64,000 nt of DNA from Promethearchaeota archaeon (GTDB lineage Archaea; Asgardarchaeota; Lokiarchaeia; Sigyniarchaeales; SOKP01). The first letter of the stretch is position 1; each line of letters starts with the position of its first letter. The DNA is taken from the NCBI GenBank assembly GCA_019058015.1, contig JAHLWH010000258.1, forward strand, positions 34,256 to 98,255, in the 5' to 3' direction. Below the pieces are notes generated by a model. The model worked only from the letters and a program-made list of their open reading frames with translations. It had not been told where the DNA came from and made no database searches. The position numbers and the translations under genes were made by a program. Below are positions 39,552-50,089 of this stretch, in pieces.

Positions 39552-40493
39552 TTATGTTCCAAGAATTTTTTTAATCAACATTTCAATAATATCATCTGAA
39601 ATTATTCCTGGTCTAGGTTTAATACTTCCAATTAGCACATTTTTTACAATATCAGAAAGTAGAACATTGATAGAAGCATTTTCTTTTACAGCCTTTTCAT
39701 TTTCCAATGCACGTTTTCTACCCAACAATTTTGCCATAGCAATTCCAGCTCGAATTGATGCGGGGATTTCAATTTCCGTTTTATTCTTTCGAGTAGCTTC
39801 AATAATTTGATATATCAAATCCAATTCTGCTTCACTTACGGTAAAATGTTCTGGTAAATTAATTCGTATTATTTCTAATTCAGTTGCTTTATCAGGATAT
39901 GTTAATCGTATCCAAATTTTTATTCTATCTTTTAATGCTTCACTAAGACGGTGGGTTCCAGCTAATTCTTCAAGATTCATAGCACAAATAAAAAAGAAAT
40001 CATTTTTTGCTTTTATTCTGCCCAAATGTGGTATTCCAATTGATCTCTCTTCTAGAGGTTCTAATAAAGTGTTTTGGGAGTATTCTGTTGCTCTATTTAT
40101 TTCATTTGCTAAAAAAGTTCCTCCAGTTAACATAGATTTCAATAAGGGACCCGAATTAAAAGATTCTATACAAAAGCCCTTTTGTAAAGTAAGAGCAGGA
40201 TCAAAACTTCCTAAAAGGTGTGAAGGCTTGATGGATTCATCCATTGTTAGCCAGTAAAAATTTGTATTCTTTTGTTCTTTTGCCCTATGTTGAGCAAAGT
40301 ATCTACAAAGAATTGTTTTACCCACACCAGGAGGTCCAACAAGTGCAGGAAATAATCCTGTTGCCTCAGCATCTTTCAGTAATTCAAATGCCTTTTCATA
40401 TTGTCCTGATAGTACAATTTTTATATCTTCACTATCATGTGCTTGTAGCAAATTATCTTCCAATAACTTTTTAAAATTCAATTTAGAATTCAT
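39552..40493 (-). CDS. MoxR/CbbQ/GvpN-like AAA+ ATPase
   Basis: GPPGVGKT, GPL, LANEINRA (Walker B D to N), CAMN, LSEALKDR, SIR. Confidence 0.88.
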   Translation of the reverse strand: MNSKLNFKKLLEDNLLQAHDSEDIKIVLSGQYEKAFELLKDAEATGLFPALVGPPGVGKTILCRYFAQHRAKEQKNTNFYWLTMDESIKPSHLLGSFDPALTLQKGFCIESFNSGPLLKSMLTGGTFLANEINRATEYSQNTLLEPLEERSIGIPHLGRIKAKNDFFFICAMNLEELAGTHRLSEALKDRIKIWIRLTYPDKATELEIIRINLPEHFTVSEAELDLIYQIIEATRKNKTEIEIPASIRAGIAMAKLLGRKRALENEKAVKENASINVLLSDIVKNVLIGSIKPRPGIISDDIIEMLIKKILGT

Positions 40494-40689
40494 TATCTTT
40501 TCATTGTTTGATTTTATTTTTAATCCATTACTGATTGCTATATCTTGAAATAATTATTAAAACGATTAATCAATCTTATTTTAACTTGACTTTACAGGTT
40601 ATTGAAAAATTATGATCATTTCTTCCCTTACTATTATCTCAACTTTTTTTAATTAATTTAAAATCCATTAGTTTTACTTTTTTTCAAAT

Positions 40690-42162
40690 CTATGAAAAAT
40701 CAAAATTATCATCTCGATCGATCACGTTAAGAGATAATCCTAATTTTTGAGTAATATCTTCAAATTTTTTAAACAATTCTTCATTAAGCCTAAGATTTCC
40801 TTTTACCATTAAAATTTCTAAAATTTTTGCTCCATAATAGGTTCGAGCTATTCTAGAGACATCATACATTAAAATTTGTTCTTTATTTATTTTATAGATT
40901 GATAAATTTTCAAATTCATCTCTCCGAATATTAGATATTTCTGTGGAATATTTTGAAAATGGTGTGTTTCTCATCTTATCTAAATCGAATATAAAAGTAC
41001 TTCCAATTTCTTTTTTTTCTAGAATATCTTTTATGATTTTGTGTATTAAATTAATAATTTCTTCACGGAGAGCATCTTTAGTTATTTGAGGATTAATTAA
41101 AGTGTAAATTATTTCATTATACGGAATTTGAATTCCGATAAAATAGTTCGAGAGATTTAGAATTGATAAAATAGTTTCAATATTATTCTCACTTATTTTT
41201 CCAAGATCATCAAAAAGGTGATTATCTCCTTGAAATATTGTCTTATACAAAAATTCTTTAAATTCATGAATAAATTGATGAAAGTGCGGAACAAATTTTT
41301 TCCTAGGATCTTCTTCTAAGATTTGAATTGCTCTGAAAGGGGAAATTTCTTTTTTCAATGCTTTTTCTACCAACGAAAGAGGGTAATAACCCTCGACATA
41401 AGACATTCCTTTTGAAATACTATCAATTGCGTCTTTAAACGAACATTTAGCAATGATTTCAATAACTTTATATTTATTCTTATAAATTTCTTCAGCTATT
41501 TTTTTACAATAACACAGGTCAAATGGCTTAAGGTCATTGAATAAATGATGGTTAAAATCAGGAATTAATAAATTTGGTCCGTATGCAATCACATTACTTC
41601 CATTAATGGGGTCTTTCGCAAGATCCCATTCAACTATCATTATCTCATCGATATTTGGGAATTCTATACCCGCATCAAGAAAATAATCCACCCCATATCT
41701 TAATAGTGGGTACCCCTGCTTTGATTTGATGCTGGGATTCATTGAATCTCCCCAAAATTTATTTTTAAAATATAAAACACTTGGAAACTCTTTCCAATCA
41801 AAGTCAAATAGACGCTCAAAGATATAAAAATTTTGACCGATATCCCGAGATTTAATCAGATTCTTTTTTTCACCAAAAAATCCTAAGTGAGGCAAGAGAT
41901 ACTCGATATAGAATTTATTTGTTAAATTAGTAGGATCATGCTCTACAATGAAAGTGTTATTTATCTTTTTAAAGTTTGCTTTAGCCTTATGAATTCTATT
42001 TTTTTTAGTTAGTAATTTTAAGAATGCCAACTTTCTGAGATAAAATCTATTGATAAGTTGGCTCACTTCCTGTATATATGATTCATATTCTACAATGTAT
42101 AATTCTTCTGGAATTCGAAGTGTTTTCATCTGTTTCTTCATAATTTCTACGTCTTCAAGCAT
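40690..42162 (-). CDS. Hypothetical protein
   Basis: 490-aa ORF; no recognised motif. Confidence 0.7.
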   Translation of the reverse strand: MLEDVEIMKKQMKTLRIPEELYIVEYESYIQEVSQLINRFYLRKLAFLKLLTKKNRIHKAKANFKKINNTFIVEHDPTNLTNKFYIEYLLPHLGFFGEKKNLIKSRDIGQNFYIFERLFDFDWKEFPSVLYFKNKFWGDSMNPSIKSKQGYPLLRYGVDYFLDAGIEFPNIDEIMIVEWDLAKDPINGSNVIAYGPNLLIPDFNHHLFNDLKPFDLCYCKKIAEEIYKNKYKVIEIIAKCSFKDAIDSISKGMSYVEGYYPLSLVEKALKKEISPFRAIQILEEDPRKKFVPHFHQFIHEFKEFLYKTIFQGDNHLFDDLGKISENNIETILSILNLSNYFIGIQIPYNEIIYTLINPQITKDALREEIINLIHKIIKDILEKKEIGSTFIFDLDKMRNTPFSKYSTEISNIRRDEFENLSIYKINKEQILMYDVSRIARTYYGAKILEILMVKGNLRLNEELFKKFEDITQKLGLSLNVIDRDDNFDFS

Positions 42163-42300
42163 GTTCCCTTCTTATTAGAACTTAATTTAATAATTGGATA
42201 TATTAATTATTCACTATTTTTCTTTGAAGAAGGGTATAACGCATATACCTTATCCCAATACAATTTATTAGTCTACGTCTCGTAATTAACTAATGTTAAT

Positions 42301-42708
42301 TTGTCATTGTTGGGCTACATTCTAATTTTTGCTACTTTTATTGTTTCTCCTAAATATTTAGATTTCAGGGAATACACTATGATTTACCCTTTTATCTTAA
42401 TACTATTCTTCGTTAATTTTACTATATGGAGGCACTATGCAGTCATCCTACCGATTTTATATCTGTATTGTATAGAATACTTCAGTATCGAAAGAGAAAC
42501 AAATTGGAAGTATTTGCCATTTATTTGTTTGTTTAGACTAAGTTTTCCAATTCCCTTAAACTATATGGTATTGATCCTCCCCGAACTTTTAGCACCCATT
42601 ACAAGTGTTTTATTTATTATTGCCTTTTGCGTTTATTTCGTAGTGTATAAACGCGATCTAAAAAATACAACTTCTCAAATAAATGAATACAAAAAAAAGA
42701 TTAAATAA
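42301..42708 (+). CDS. Small hydrophobic membrane protein, possibly a truncated C-terminal fragment
   Basis: About four hydrophobic segments, WRHY motif, basic tail, TTG start. Confidence 0.4.
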   Translation: MSLLGYILIFATFIVSPKYLDFREYTMIYPFILILFFVNFTIWRHYAVILPILYLYCIEYFSIERETNWKYLPFICLFRLSFPIPLNYMVLILPELLAPITSVLFIIAFCVYFVVYKRDLKNTTSQINEYKKKIK

Positions 42709-42804
42709 ATTTTAAGTTTTTGTTATTTTCTTTTGATGATTATCACAATATTATTGTTTAACAACCTTTAAATTTAAAAAAAATATATAAAAAATTTTAT
42801 TAAT

Positions 42805-44094
42805 TTATGCATTTGGATTTTCCAATATAACAGCTACTCCTTGACCCCCACCGCAACATGCATTAGCACAACCATACTTAGCCTTCTTGTCTTTTAAGAT
42901 TCGTGCTAAGGTACCTGGTAATCTAACCATTGTCGAGCCCAAAGGATGACCAATTGCTGTCGCACCACCCATAACATTAACCTTTTCTTCCGGAATGTTA
43001 AAGTGTTTCATACAATTTAAGGTAACAACAGTAAATGCTTCGTTTATTTCCCAATAATCCATATCATCAGCAGTTAGACCAGCATATTTTAAAGCCATTT
43101 CCGTTGCAGGGACAGGTCCTCTGCCCATAACAGATGGATCAACAGCACCCCAACCAATAGAAGCAATTTTCGCCATTGGTTTAAGACCTCTTTTTTCTGC
43201 TTCTTTAGCATCCATCACAAGAGCTGCAGTCGCTCCAGCGTTTAATGGTGATGAATTTCCTGCTGTAATTACTCCTTCTTTCGTGCCTTCTCGATCAATA
43301 TATCCTTGTTTGCCGCCATTTTTCTCTAAAAAGAAAGGTCTTGATAATCTCCTTAATTTTGCAACACCTTCTAAGGTGGAAGCTCTTGCAGCCATATCTC
43401 TATCAACCATCATTGGTTCTTCAACATTTCCGTCAGCATGCCCTTCAATTGGAATGATTTCACCTTTAAACCATCCTTCTTTCTGGTTTTTAACCGTTAA
43501 ATTATGAGATCTTACTCCAAATTTATCCAAATCTTCTTTAGTAAAGGCAGGCATTTCTTCTTCGTATAGTTTTTGAGCGGTTTGGATCATATTTATTGTA
43601 GTCATAAGGTCGTATTGAGGTCTATACCATTTACTTTTTTTATTTACCATAGCCAAGTTTGGTCTGACCCAATCATTTTGCATTGAAACCCGGGTCATAT
43701 GTTCAACTCCAGTAGCCAAACAAATTTTGCTATAACCTGTCATAATTTCCATTATACCAACATGTAGTCCCGAACCACCAGATCCGCATTGTCTATCCAC
43801 AAACAATGCTGGTACTTCCACTGGAAACTCAGCTATAAAACAGGGAAGTCTGCCTCCATATGTCCAATTTTCATAGACTCCCATTGCAGTACCAACTGTT
43901 ACCTCATCAACATCCTTTTTTTCAATTCCTTTATCGGCTAATTTTTGGTCAAAGAATTCTTTCATTAACATGCCTAGTAATTCATCACTTCTGATTTCAC
44001 CAAAAACATCTCTTTCAGGTTGTTTTGGTCTAGAACGGGAAAAAGCTGTGCGGGCATAATCTATAAGCCATACTTCATTTATTTCTTTACCCAT
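42805..44094 (-). CDS. Thiolase (acetyl-CoA C-acyltransferase)
   Basis: DRQCGSG, GVEHM, TAGNSS, EINEAF, GHPLG, CCGGGQG. Confidence 0.95.
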   Translation of the reverse strand: MGKEINEVWLIDYARTAFSRSRPKQPERDVFGEIRSDELLGMLMKEFFDQKLADKGIEKKDVDEVTVGTAMGVYENWTYGGRLPCFIAEFPVEVPALFVDRQCGSGGSGLHVGIMEIMTGYSKICLATGVEHMTRVSMQNDWVRPNLAMVNKKSKWYRPQYDLMTTINMIQTAQKLYEEEMPAFTKEDLDKFGVRSHNLTVKNQKEGWFKGEIIPIEGHADGNVEEPMMVDRDMAARASTLEGVAKLRRLSRPFFLEKNGGKQGYIDREGTKEGVITAGNSSPLNAGATAALVMDAKEAEKRGLKPMAKIASIGWGAVDPSVMGRGPVPATEMALKYAGLTADDMDYWEINEAFTVVTLNCMKHFNIPEEKVNVMGGATAIGHPLGSTMVRLPGTLARILKDKKAKYGCANACCGGGQGVAVILENPNA

Positions 44095-44294
44095 TTTTAA
44101 AGTTCTCTCTTTTTTTAAAATTATTTTAACAATAAGTTTTTGATGTTAATTAAGGAAATAAAAAAATTATATTAAACTTTTTGATAAACTGATTTTGAAT
44201 ATCAAAATATAACATTAAAGTTTTTGATAAATTTTTTTGAAAATGTTAAGAACCTATTAGAATTATTTTTATTTTTAAAATATTTAGATTAATT

Positions 44295-44732
44295 ATGTCC
44301 AATATTAACATAGGTAAAAATGAGGAATCATTGGTATCAGTTATTGCTGGCAGTAATTCTGATAAGCAAGTTTTTGACAAAGCACTAAAAGTGTTAGACG
44401 AAAATAATATACCACATGAATTTAAAATTCTTTCTGCACATAGAAATCCCGAAGAATTAGATAAATACATTAAATCGACAAAATCTTTAATTTTTATAGC
44501 AGTTGCAGGTTTATCTGCAGCCTTACCTGGAGTAATAGCCTCTAAAACAGACAAACTTGTAATAGGGGTTCCTGTAAATCATAATTTAGGGGGATTAGAT
44601 GCATTATTATCTATTGTTCAAATGCCACCAGGAGTACCTGTTGCTTGTGTGGGAATTGATCGTGGTGATAATGCAGCCTATTTAGCCATTCGAATTTTAA
44701 AGTTATTGAAAAAAATCCAAATTGGAAAATAA
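44295..44732 (+). CDS. purE: PurE (N5-CAIR mutase/AIR carboxylase)
   Basis: [37 protein letters not shown]. Confidence 0.93.
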   Translation: MSNINIGKNEESLVSVIAGSNSDKQVFDKALKVLDENNIPHEFKILSAHRNPEELDKYIKSTKSLIFIAVAGLSAALPGVIASKTDKLVIGVPVNHNLGGLDALLSIVQMPPGVPVACVGIDRGDNAAYLAIRILKLLKKIQIGK

Positions 44733-44740
44733 TATAGAAA

Positions 44741-45463
44741 GTGAAAAAGATGGAAGATATTAATCTTATAAAAAAATGGAAGCGTGAAGCTGCAAAACTT
44801 GCAGTTAAAGAAAATATTAAAAATAATATGAAAATCGGTATAGGTAGTGGTTCTACTATTGTTTTTGTTGTAAGGGAATTAGCTAAAATTGTAAAAGAAA
44901 ATAATTGGGATATTATTTGCATTCCTACATCATATCAGGCAGAGCAGTTAATAATTGAAAACGGATTAACTTTGGGGACATTAAATCAAAATCCCGAGCT
45001 TGATATAGATCTCGACGGGGCTGATGAAATTGATGAAAACCTGAATTTAATAAAAGGAGGTGGCGGTTGCTTGGTTCAAGAAAAAATTCTCGCTTCTTAT
45101 TCTAAAAAATTAATTATTATAGCAGATTTCAGAAAGAAATCGAAATATCTTGGAGAAAAATGGAAAAAAGGAGTTCCAATTGAAATTTTACCAGGAGCTT
45201 GCATTCCTATTATGAAAGAAATTGAAAAATTAGGGGGTACTCCTAACTTAAGAATGGGTGTAGCTAAAATGGGTCCAGTCGTTACAGATAATGGAAATTT
45301 CATTATTGATGTTGATTTTAATGTCATAAAAGATCCTGAAGATTTAAATAAAAAATTATTAAGTATTTCAGGAATTGTTGATACTGGCCTTTTTATAAAT
45401 ATGGCATCAATTGCTTATATTGGTAAAGAAGATGGCTCCGTTCAAAAATTAGAGAAACACTAA
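44741..45463 (+). CDS. rpiA: Ribose-5-phosphate isomerase A
   Basis: GIGSGST, DGADE, KGGGG, EK, VTDNGN. Confidence 0.95.
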   Translation: MKKMEDINLIKKWKREAAKLAVKENIKNNMKIGIGSGSTIVFVVRELAKIVKENNWDIICIPTSYQAEQLIIENGLTLGTLNQNPELDIDLDGADEIDENLNLIKGGGGCLVQEKILASYSKKLIIIADFRKKSKYLGEKWKKGVPIEILPGACIPIMKEIEKLGGTPNLRMGVAKMGPVVTDNGNFIIDVDFNVIKDPEDLNKKLLSISGIVDTGLFINMASIAYIGKEDGSVQKLEKH

Positions 45464-45504
45464 AAAAAAAAATTAAGTAGGAAATGTAAATTTATTTTTA
45501 TTCA

Positions 45505-46161
45505 TTATGTTTTAATATTCTCATTTTCTAAATCTGAATGTTCTGATTTATTTGAATACATAGGTTCTCCGCAATGTGGACAAAAAACACACTTTCGTTC
45601 AATTTGATTTTTACATTTTGGGCACATCTCTTTAAAAGCAACTGTTAGGGGAATGTTCTTAGCAATATTTTCAAATGTTTTTTTTATTAAATCCTGAACT
45701 TCAGATATTTTATCGTTATGCTCCTCTTCTGGAAATGAATGTATATAAATCGATATTAATTCGTTTAAAAAATTTTCCACAAATTTTATTTGATCTAAGA
45801 AATGTTGATTTACTTTTCCCTTCAAAATTTCCTTTCCAGCTTCTGTTAATTGATAGAGTGTTTTTAATGGGCCAATTGGACTTTTAACTTTCCTTGTTTT
45901 TAAAAAACCTTGAGTTTTTAATTTGGATAAAATCGGATAAATTGTTCCTGATTTAGCCTCCCATGTCCCTGCAAAGTGTTCATTTAAATAATGAATAAGG
46001 TCATAACCAGAAATCTCTTCATGGGTGAAAATATTCTCTAGTATCGTGAATTCTAAGGGAGTCAATTTATCTTTTTTAATATCAGCAAATAGTTTCTTCT
46101 TAAATTCAGAAGTCTCTGTTTCTACTTGGTCTTTGATATCCAAAAATTTCCCAAACCACAT
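45505..46161 (-). CDS. PadR-family transcriptional regulator with C-terminal zinc ribbon
   Basis: SGYDL, GTIYPILSKL, YQLTEAG; CPKC..CPHCG. Confidence 0.88.
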   Translation of the reverse strand: MWFGKFLDIKDQVETETSEFKKKLFADIKKDKLTPLEFTILENIFTHEEISGYDLIHYLNEHFAGTWEAKSGTIYPILSKLKTQGFLKTRKVKSPIGPLKTLYQLTEAGKEILKGKVNQHFLDQIKFVENFLNELISIYIHSFPEEEHNDKISEVQDLIKKTFENIAKNIPLTVAFKEMCPKCKNQIERKCVFCPHCGEPMYSNKSEHSDLENENIKT

Positions 46162-46175
46162 CTATTTCTCACAAA

Positions 46176-46691
46176 TTACTTCTTTTTTTTTTCTAATCTA
46201 ATCTTCATTTTTTGAAGTTCTTTTTCAATAGCAATTTCTTTTTTCGATCTTCTTTCATCAAATTTAGCTATTGGCTGCCTAAAATATAGCAAGTAAATGA
46301 TCAGTTGTACAATCAAAGCAAATCCCCAAGTAAATGCTGGGAAAAAAACCCATAAATATGACCTGAGAGTTAAAATATTGATAAGAAATAATAATAACAT
46401 TGTTGAGAGATAAGCAGTTAAATTAAATATCAAACCTCTTTTCGCCATAGGATATACTCCCCGTGCATATAAAATGTATCCAACAGTATGGACATTTAAC
46501 CCAATTAACCATCCAAAAAAGGGGTAAAATATCCATAACTCATTAGGAATTGTTAAGAGATTTATAACTAAAAGTAGTGCATTCACCAATACGAAAGCAG
46601 TTAAATGAATTTTAACCGAAGTTCTATAATTTATCTTTTCTTCAGCAATCTTTCTTAAACTATCTTCAGAAAACTTAGAACTAACATCCAT
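46176..46691 (-). CDS. Membrane protein with duplicated 2TM domain
   Basis: HLTAFVLVN..INL..W..P..GW repeated twice; basic tail IEKELQK. Confidence 0.75.
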   Translation of the reverse strand: MDVSSKFSEDSLRKIAEEKINYRTSVKIHLTAFVLVNALLLVINLLTIPNELWIFYPFFGWLIGLNVHTVGYILYARGVYPMAKRGLIFNLTAYLSTMLLLFLINILTLRSYLWVFFPAFTWGFALIVQLIIYLLYFRQPIAKFDERRSKKEIAIEKELQKMKIRLEKKKK

Positions 46692-46856
46692 ATTTCTTCA
46701 CAATTTAAATTTTACTATTTAATTAATTGTTGAAAATACATAGTGTTACTTAATATAAAAAAAGAATTCCACATATTTAAATCTTATTGTTAGTTCTACA
46801 TAGCTTCGTTCTTTGAAAAAATACGAAAAGGGTGAAGATTAAAATATTATAAATAG

Positions 46857-46928
46857 TGGACCTGACGGGAATTGAACCCGTGACCTCTTGCATGCCAAGC
46901 AAGCGATCTTCCACTAATCCACAGGCCC
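46857..46928 (-). tRNA. tRNA-Ala(GGC), intronless, CCA not encoded
   Basis: Reverse complement GGGCCTG..CTTGC TT GGC AT GCAAG..ACGGG TTCAATT CCCGT CAGGTCC A; G3:U70 alanine identity pair. Confidence 0.96.
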
Positions 46929-47159
46929 AGAAATAACTATAGGAATCTTTTTTTTTCTTTTTAGATCATACTATAAGTGTTATTTATTTCAAATAAATTT
47001 TTTCAAAATTTGCCATGCATAAATATAATAAATAATTATTGTAAAAGCAGAAATTGTCAAGTATCCATACGTATGATTGACTATAATAAGATTTTTCAAT
47101 TAAATTTTACTTTATTATAATAATCATTTTTTTTCCCAATATTTCTCTGACATAAGCAG

Positions 47160-49445
47160 GTGGCTCATATTCCTATTACTAAAATTAGGGGTTCACAATT
47201 AATTCCTATAATTTTAATCATGATTCTTTTATTTATTTCCGTTGCTTGTGCGAATATGTTAATACCAAGTTATGGTGTAATAAAAGAATATTTTAATATT
47301 GATGATTCACTTGTAGCAATTCCGGATGCTTTTTTTGTATTGGTTAGTGCATTTTTCGCATTACTTTGGGGATATTATACTGATAAAATAAATAGATCAA
47401 AAGTAATAATGGCTGGGGCTTTCGCTTGGACTATTGGAATGATTCTTACAGGAACGAGTGAATTTTATGAAGTATTAATTTTTTCTAGGATTTTAAGTGG
47501 TTTTGGTCTGGGATGTGTTTTACCAGTAGGATATTCGATCATATCAGACATAATCCCACCGGATGAGCGCTCTGGTTGGTTTGGAACCCTTGCGATCTTA
47601 AGTAGTGTTTCAAATGGTATTGGACAAGGACTTTCGTCATTTCTAGGTCCTCTAAATATATGGGGGTTTGGCTGGAAATTTCCCTTCATCCTTCTCTCAA
47701 TAATAAGCATTATTGTGACTTTTATATTATTTTTTGTAGAATTTCCACATCGAGGTGCTAGCGAGGCAGAATTATTAGATTTGTCCCAATATGAATTAGA
47801 ATATGTTTATAAAATATCCAAAAGTGAATTAACGCAAATCCTTCAAAAAAAAACAAATAAATACTTAATAATTCAAGGATTTTTTGCAATTATCCCGGGA
47901 ACGATTATTGTATATTTTTTAATTTCTATGTTGTCCGAATCTTTTTTCAATGTATTGCCGGCATCTATACGTATTCAAACAGCAACAATTTTTGGTGGTT
48001 TAGTTGGACTTGGATATATTTTAGGTAATATGCTTCTTTCAGGATTGAGCGATACATTATTTAGAAGGAATCGTAAAAATCGTGTTAGATTAGCAATAAT
48101 TTGTATGGTTGCAACAGTACCATTATGCTTAATATCATTTTTCATGTTAAGTCCTTTAAATTCCGAATTTGTAGATTCTTTAAATATTCCCGATCCGATC
48201 CCAATCGAACAAACAGGACAATACATTTTTATAGTTGTTGGAGCAATATTTGCGAACTATCCTTCTTATATAATTTTCTTCATTTTTGCATTGATTGGTT
48301 CAACTTTTAGTGCAGGACCTATTGCAAATAGAACAGCTGTGATGGTTGATGTTAATTTACCTGAACATAAAGGTACTACTGCATCTCTATTTCGTCTCTC
48401 AGAACAAGTAGGTAAGGGGATGACGTTGCTTATTTCCTATACTCTAATTACATTATTGGGAAGTATTTTTAACATGATGATTATTGCAATATTATTTTGG
48501 ATCCCAGGAGCAATTTGTTGGTCTCTCTCTCTCAAATCTGTTATTAAGGACATGGATGAAAAATCTAAAATGTTATCAGAAAGAAAACAAACATCATTAA
48601 TCGACTATATCTTTGAATTGGAAATTCAAATTGATCGAGCATTACAGAAAGTACATGATTTGAAATTTTATTTTACTTCAAACAAAAAGAAATTTTTGTC
48701 GTTATTAAATGATGCAATAGAAATTTTTTCCTTTTGTGAGACCCGAGGTGAAAGCAGAAGTATTACCAATATTGAAAATAAGGCCCATATTCTCAAATTA
48801 AAAGCGATTCTACTCAAACAAGACTATAAGAAATTACAAAAAGAATTATCAAAAGAAGATATCTCACAAGAGCGAAGAAAAAAGTTAGAGATAGATAAAA
48901 ATCAATTAATGGTATCCCTTGATGAGTGGGAAATTAGTAGCCTAGGTAAACTTAAAACTCTATATGATGATGGTTATCTATGGATATATGAAGCTCGATT
49001 AAAAAGAAAATATGATCTTTTTAAAACATTACTAGATGTAAAACGAGCAATTGCAATATATAATCGTGTGGAATTACTATTAAAAGAGCGTATTGAGGGT
49101 TATAACATTCAAGAGACAGAACTTTCTGAAGAAGATAAAAAGTATCTTGAAACTATTGAGTTATTGCATGATAAGAGTCAAAAAGCTAAAGACGCTACAG
49201 AAAAATTAGAAAATAATCTCAATCAAATACTAAGTGAATTGAATAAATTAGGTATCAGTCAAAAAGAATTTAAGAAAATTTCTGCGATAACCGGTGAATA
49301 TGAGGCGGATATTGAACAAATTATCTTAGATACAATGCAGGCTCATAAAGGCAAACAAAAAATTGTTAAAAAACTTCTAAATAAAATTGGTTTAATATTT
49401 GATGAATACGATAATTTAAGGGAAGTAGATTATCAAATTTTTTAA
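47160..49445 (+). CDS. MFS transporter with ~290-aa soluble helical C-terminal extension
   Basis: WGYYTDKINR motif A, RILSGFG, SDIIPPDERS, about 12 TMs, then a charged helical domain. Confidence 0.85.
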   Translation: MAHIPITKIRGSQLIPIILIMILLFISVACANMLIPSYGVIKEYFNIDDSLVAIPDAFFVLVSAFFALLWGYYTDKINRSKVIMAGAFAWTIGMILTGTSEFYEVLIFSRILSGFGLGCVLPVGYSIISDIIPPDERSGWFGTLAILSSVSNGIGQGLSSFLGPLNIWGFGWKFPFILLSIISIIVTFILFFVEFPHRGASEAELLDLSQYELEYVYKISKSELTQILQKKTNKYLIIQGFFAIIPGTIIVYFLISMLSESFFNVLPASIRIQTATIFGGLVGLGYILGNMLLSGLSDTLFRRNRKNRVRLAIICMVATVPLCLISFFMLSPLNSEFVDSLNIPDPIPIEQTGQYIFIVVGAIFANYPSYIIFFIFALIGSTFSAGPIANRTAVMVDVNLPEHKGTTASLFRLSEQVGKGMTLLISYTLITLLGSIFNMMIIAILFWIPGAICWSLSLKSVIKDMDEKSKMLSERKQTSLIDYIFELEIQIDRALQKVHDLKFYFTSNKKKFLSLLNDAIEIFSFCETRGESRSITNIENKAHILKLKAILLKQDYKKLQKELSKEDISQERRKKLEIDKNQLMVSLDEWEISSLGKLKTLYDDGYLWIYEARLKRKYDLFKTLLDVKRAIAIYNRVELLLKERIEGYNIQETELSEEDKKYLETIELLHDKSQKAKDATEKLENNLNQILSELNKLGISQKEFKKISAITGEYEADIEQIILDTMQAHKGKQKIVKKLLNKIGLIFDEYDNLREVDYQIF

Positions 49446-49453
49446 AAATGAAT

Positions 49454-49996
49454 TTAAATCTTTAAATCATGGAAAATTTTTTGTTCTAAATCCAGAATAT
49501 CATCAATACTCTTGATTTCTTCAGAAGCTATTTTTGTAAGAAATTGTTTAAATTCTTTTTCTTTTTCTTTATCTTCAGGGAAAATAAAAGAGTTTCTGTA
49601 GTGTTCCCAGTCCAATATTGAAGTTAGAATTAAGAAAAGTAACTGAATATGACTATAGTTGATTATATCTTTAAATTTTTCTTTTGTTATTTTTCCAAGC
49701 ACCAAATCATCATAGAAATTACTAAGATCATCATAGTAGTTGATTAAACGAGAGAGATTGTTGAGCTGCTCTTTAAGAGCGGCCCTAGTGACTGGGTTTT
49801 CTTTATCTTTATAGAGAAGATCATAATATTCAAATATAAAATCTTTCAAATCCTGAAGTTTTCCTTGAAAGCGTCTAGTTTTCATAATCCTCTCAAACAT
49901 TGGATTTTCTTTGTCCCTATGAAATTCTAATTCAAACTTTACATGCGATAAAATTTCTAGATATATATCCTTCAAATTTGTGCCAATTCTGGACAT
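49454..49996 (-). CDS. Hypothetical helical protein
   Basis: 180-aa ORF; no recognised motif. Confidence 0.6.
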   Translation of the reverse strand: MSRIGTNLKDIYLEILSHVKFELEFHRDKENPMFERIMKTRRFQGKLQDLKDFIFEYYDLLYKDKENPVTRAALKEQLNNLSRLINYYDDLSNFYDDLVLGKITKEKFKDIINYSHIQLLFLILTSILDWEHYRNSFIFPEDKEKEKEFKQFLTKIASEEIKSIDDILDLEQKIFHDLKI

Positions 49997-50089
49997 GAAT
50001 TCATCCCAAGGAATTATTTAATTAGTTCAAGCTGTATTAATTATAATAAAAATTTGAATCTATAAATTTGTAATTATTTAATAATCATA

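Noticed and set aside
46857-46928. tRNA-Ala as an integration site
   Set aside because: No duplicated tRNA 3' end or integrase was seen, and the flanking genes look chromosomal.
47056-47081. Imperfect palindrome GTCAA..CATACGTATG.TTGAC upstream of the MFS gene
   Set aside because: Asymmetric and single-copy; insufficient to call an operator.
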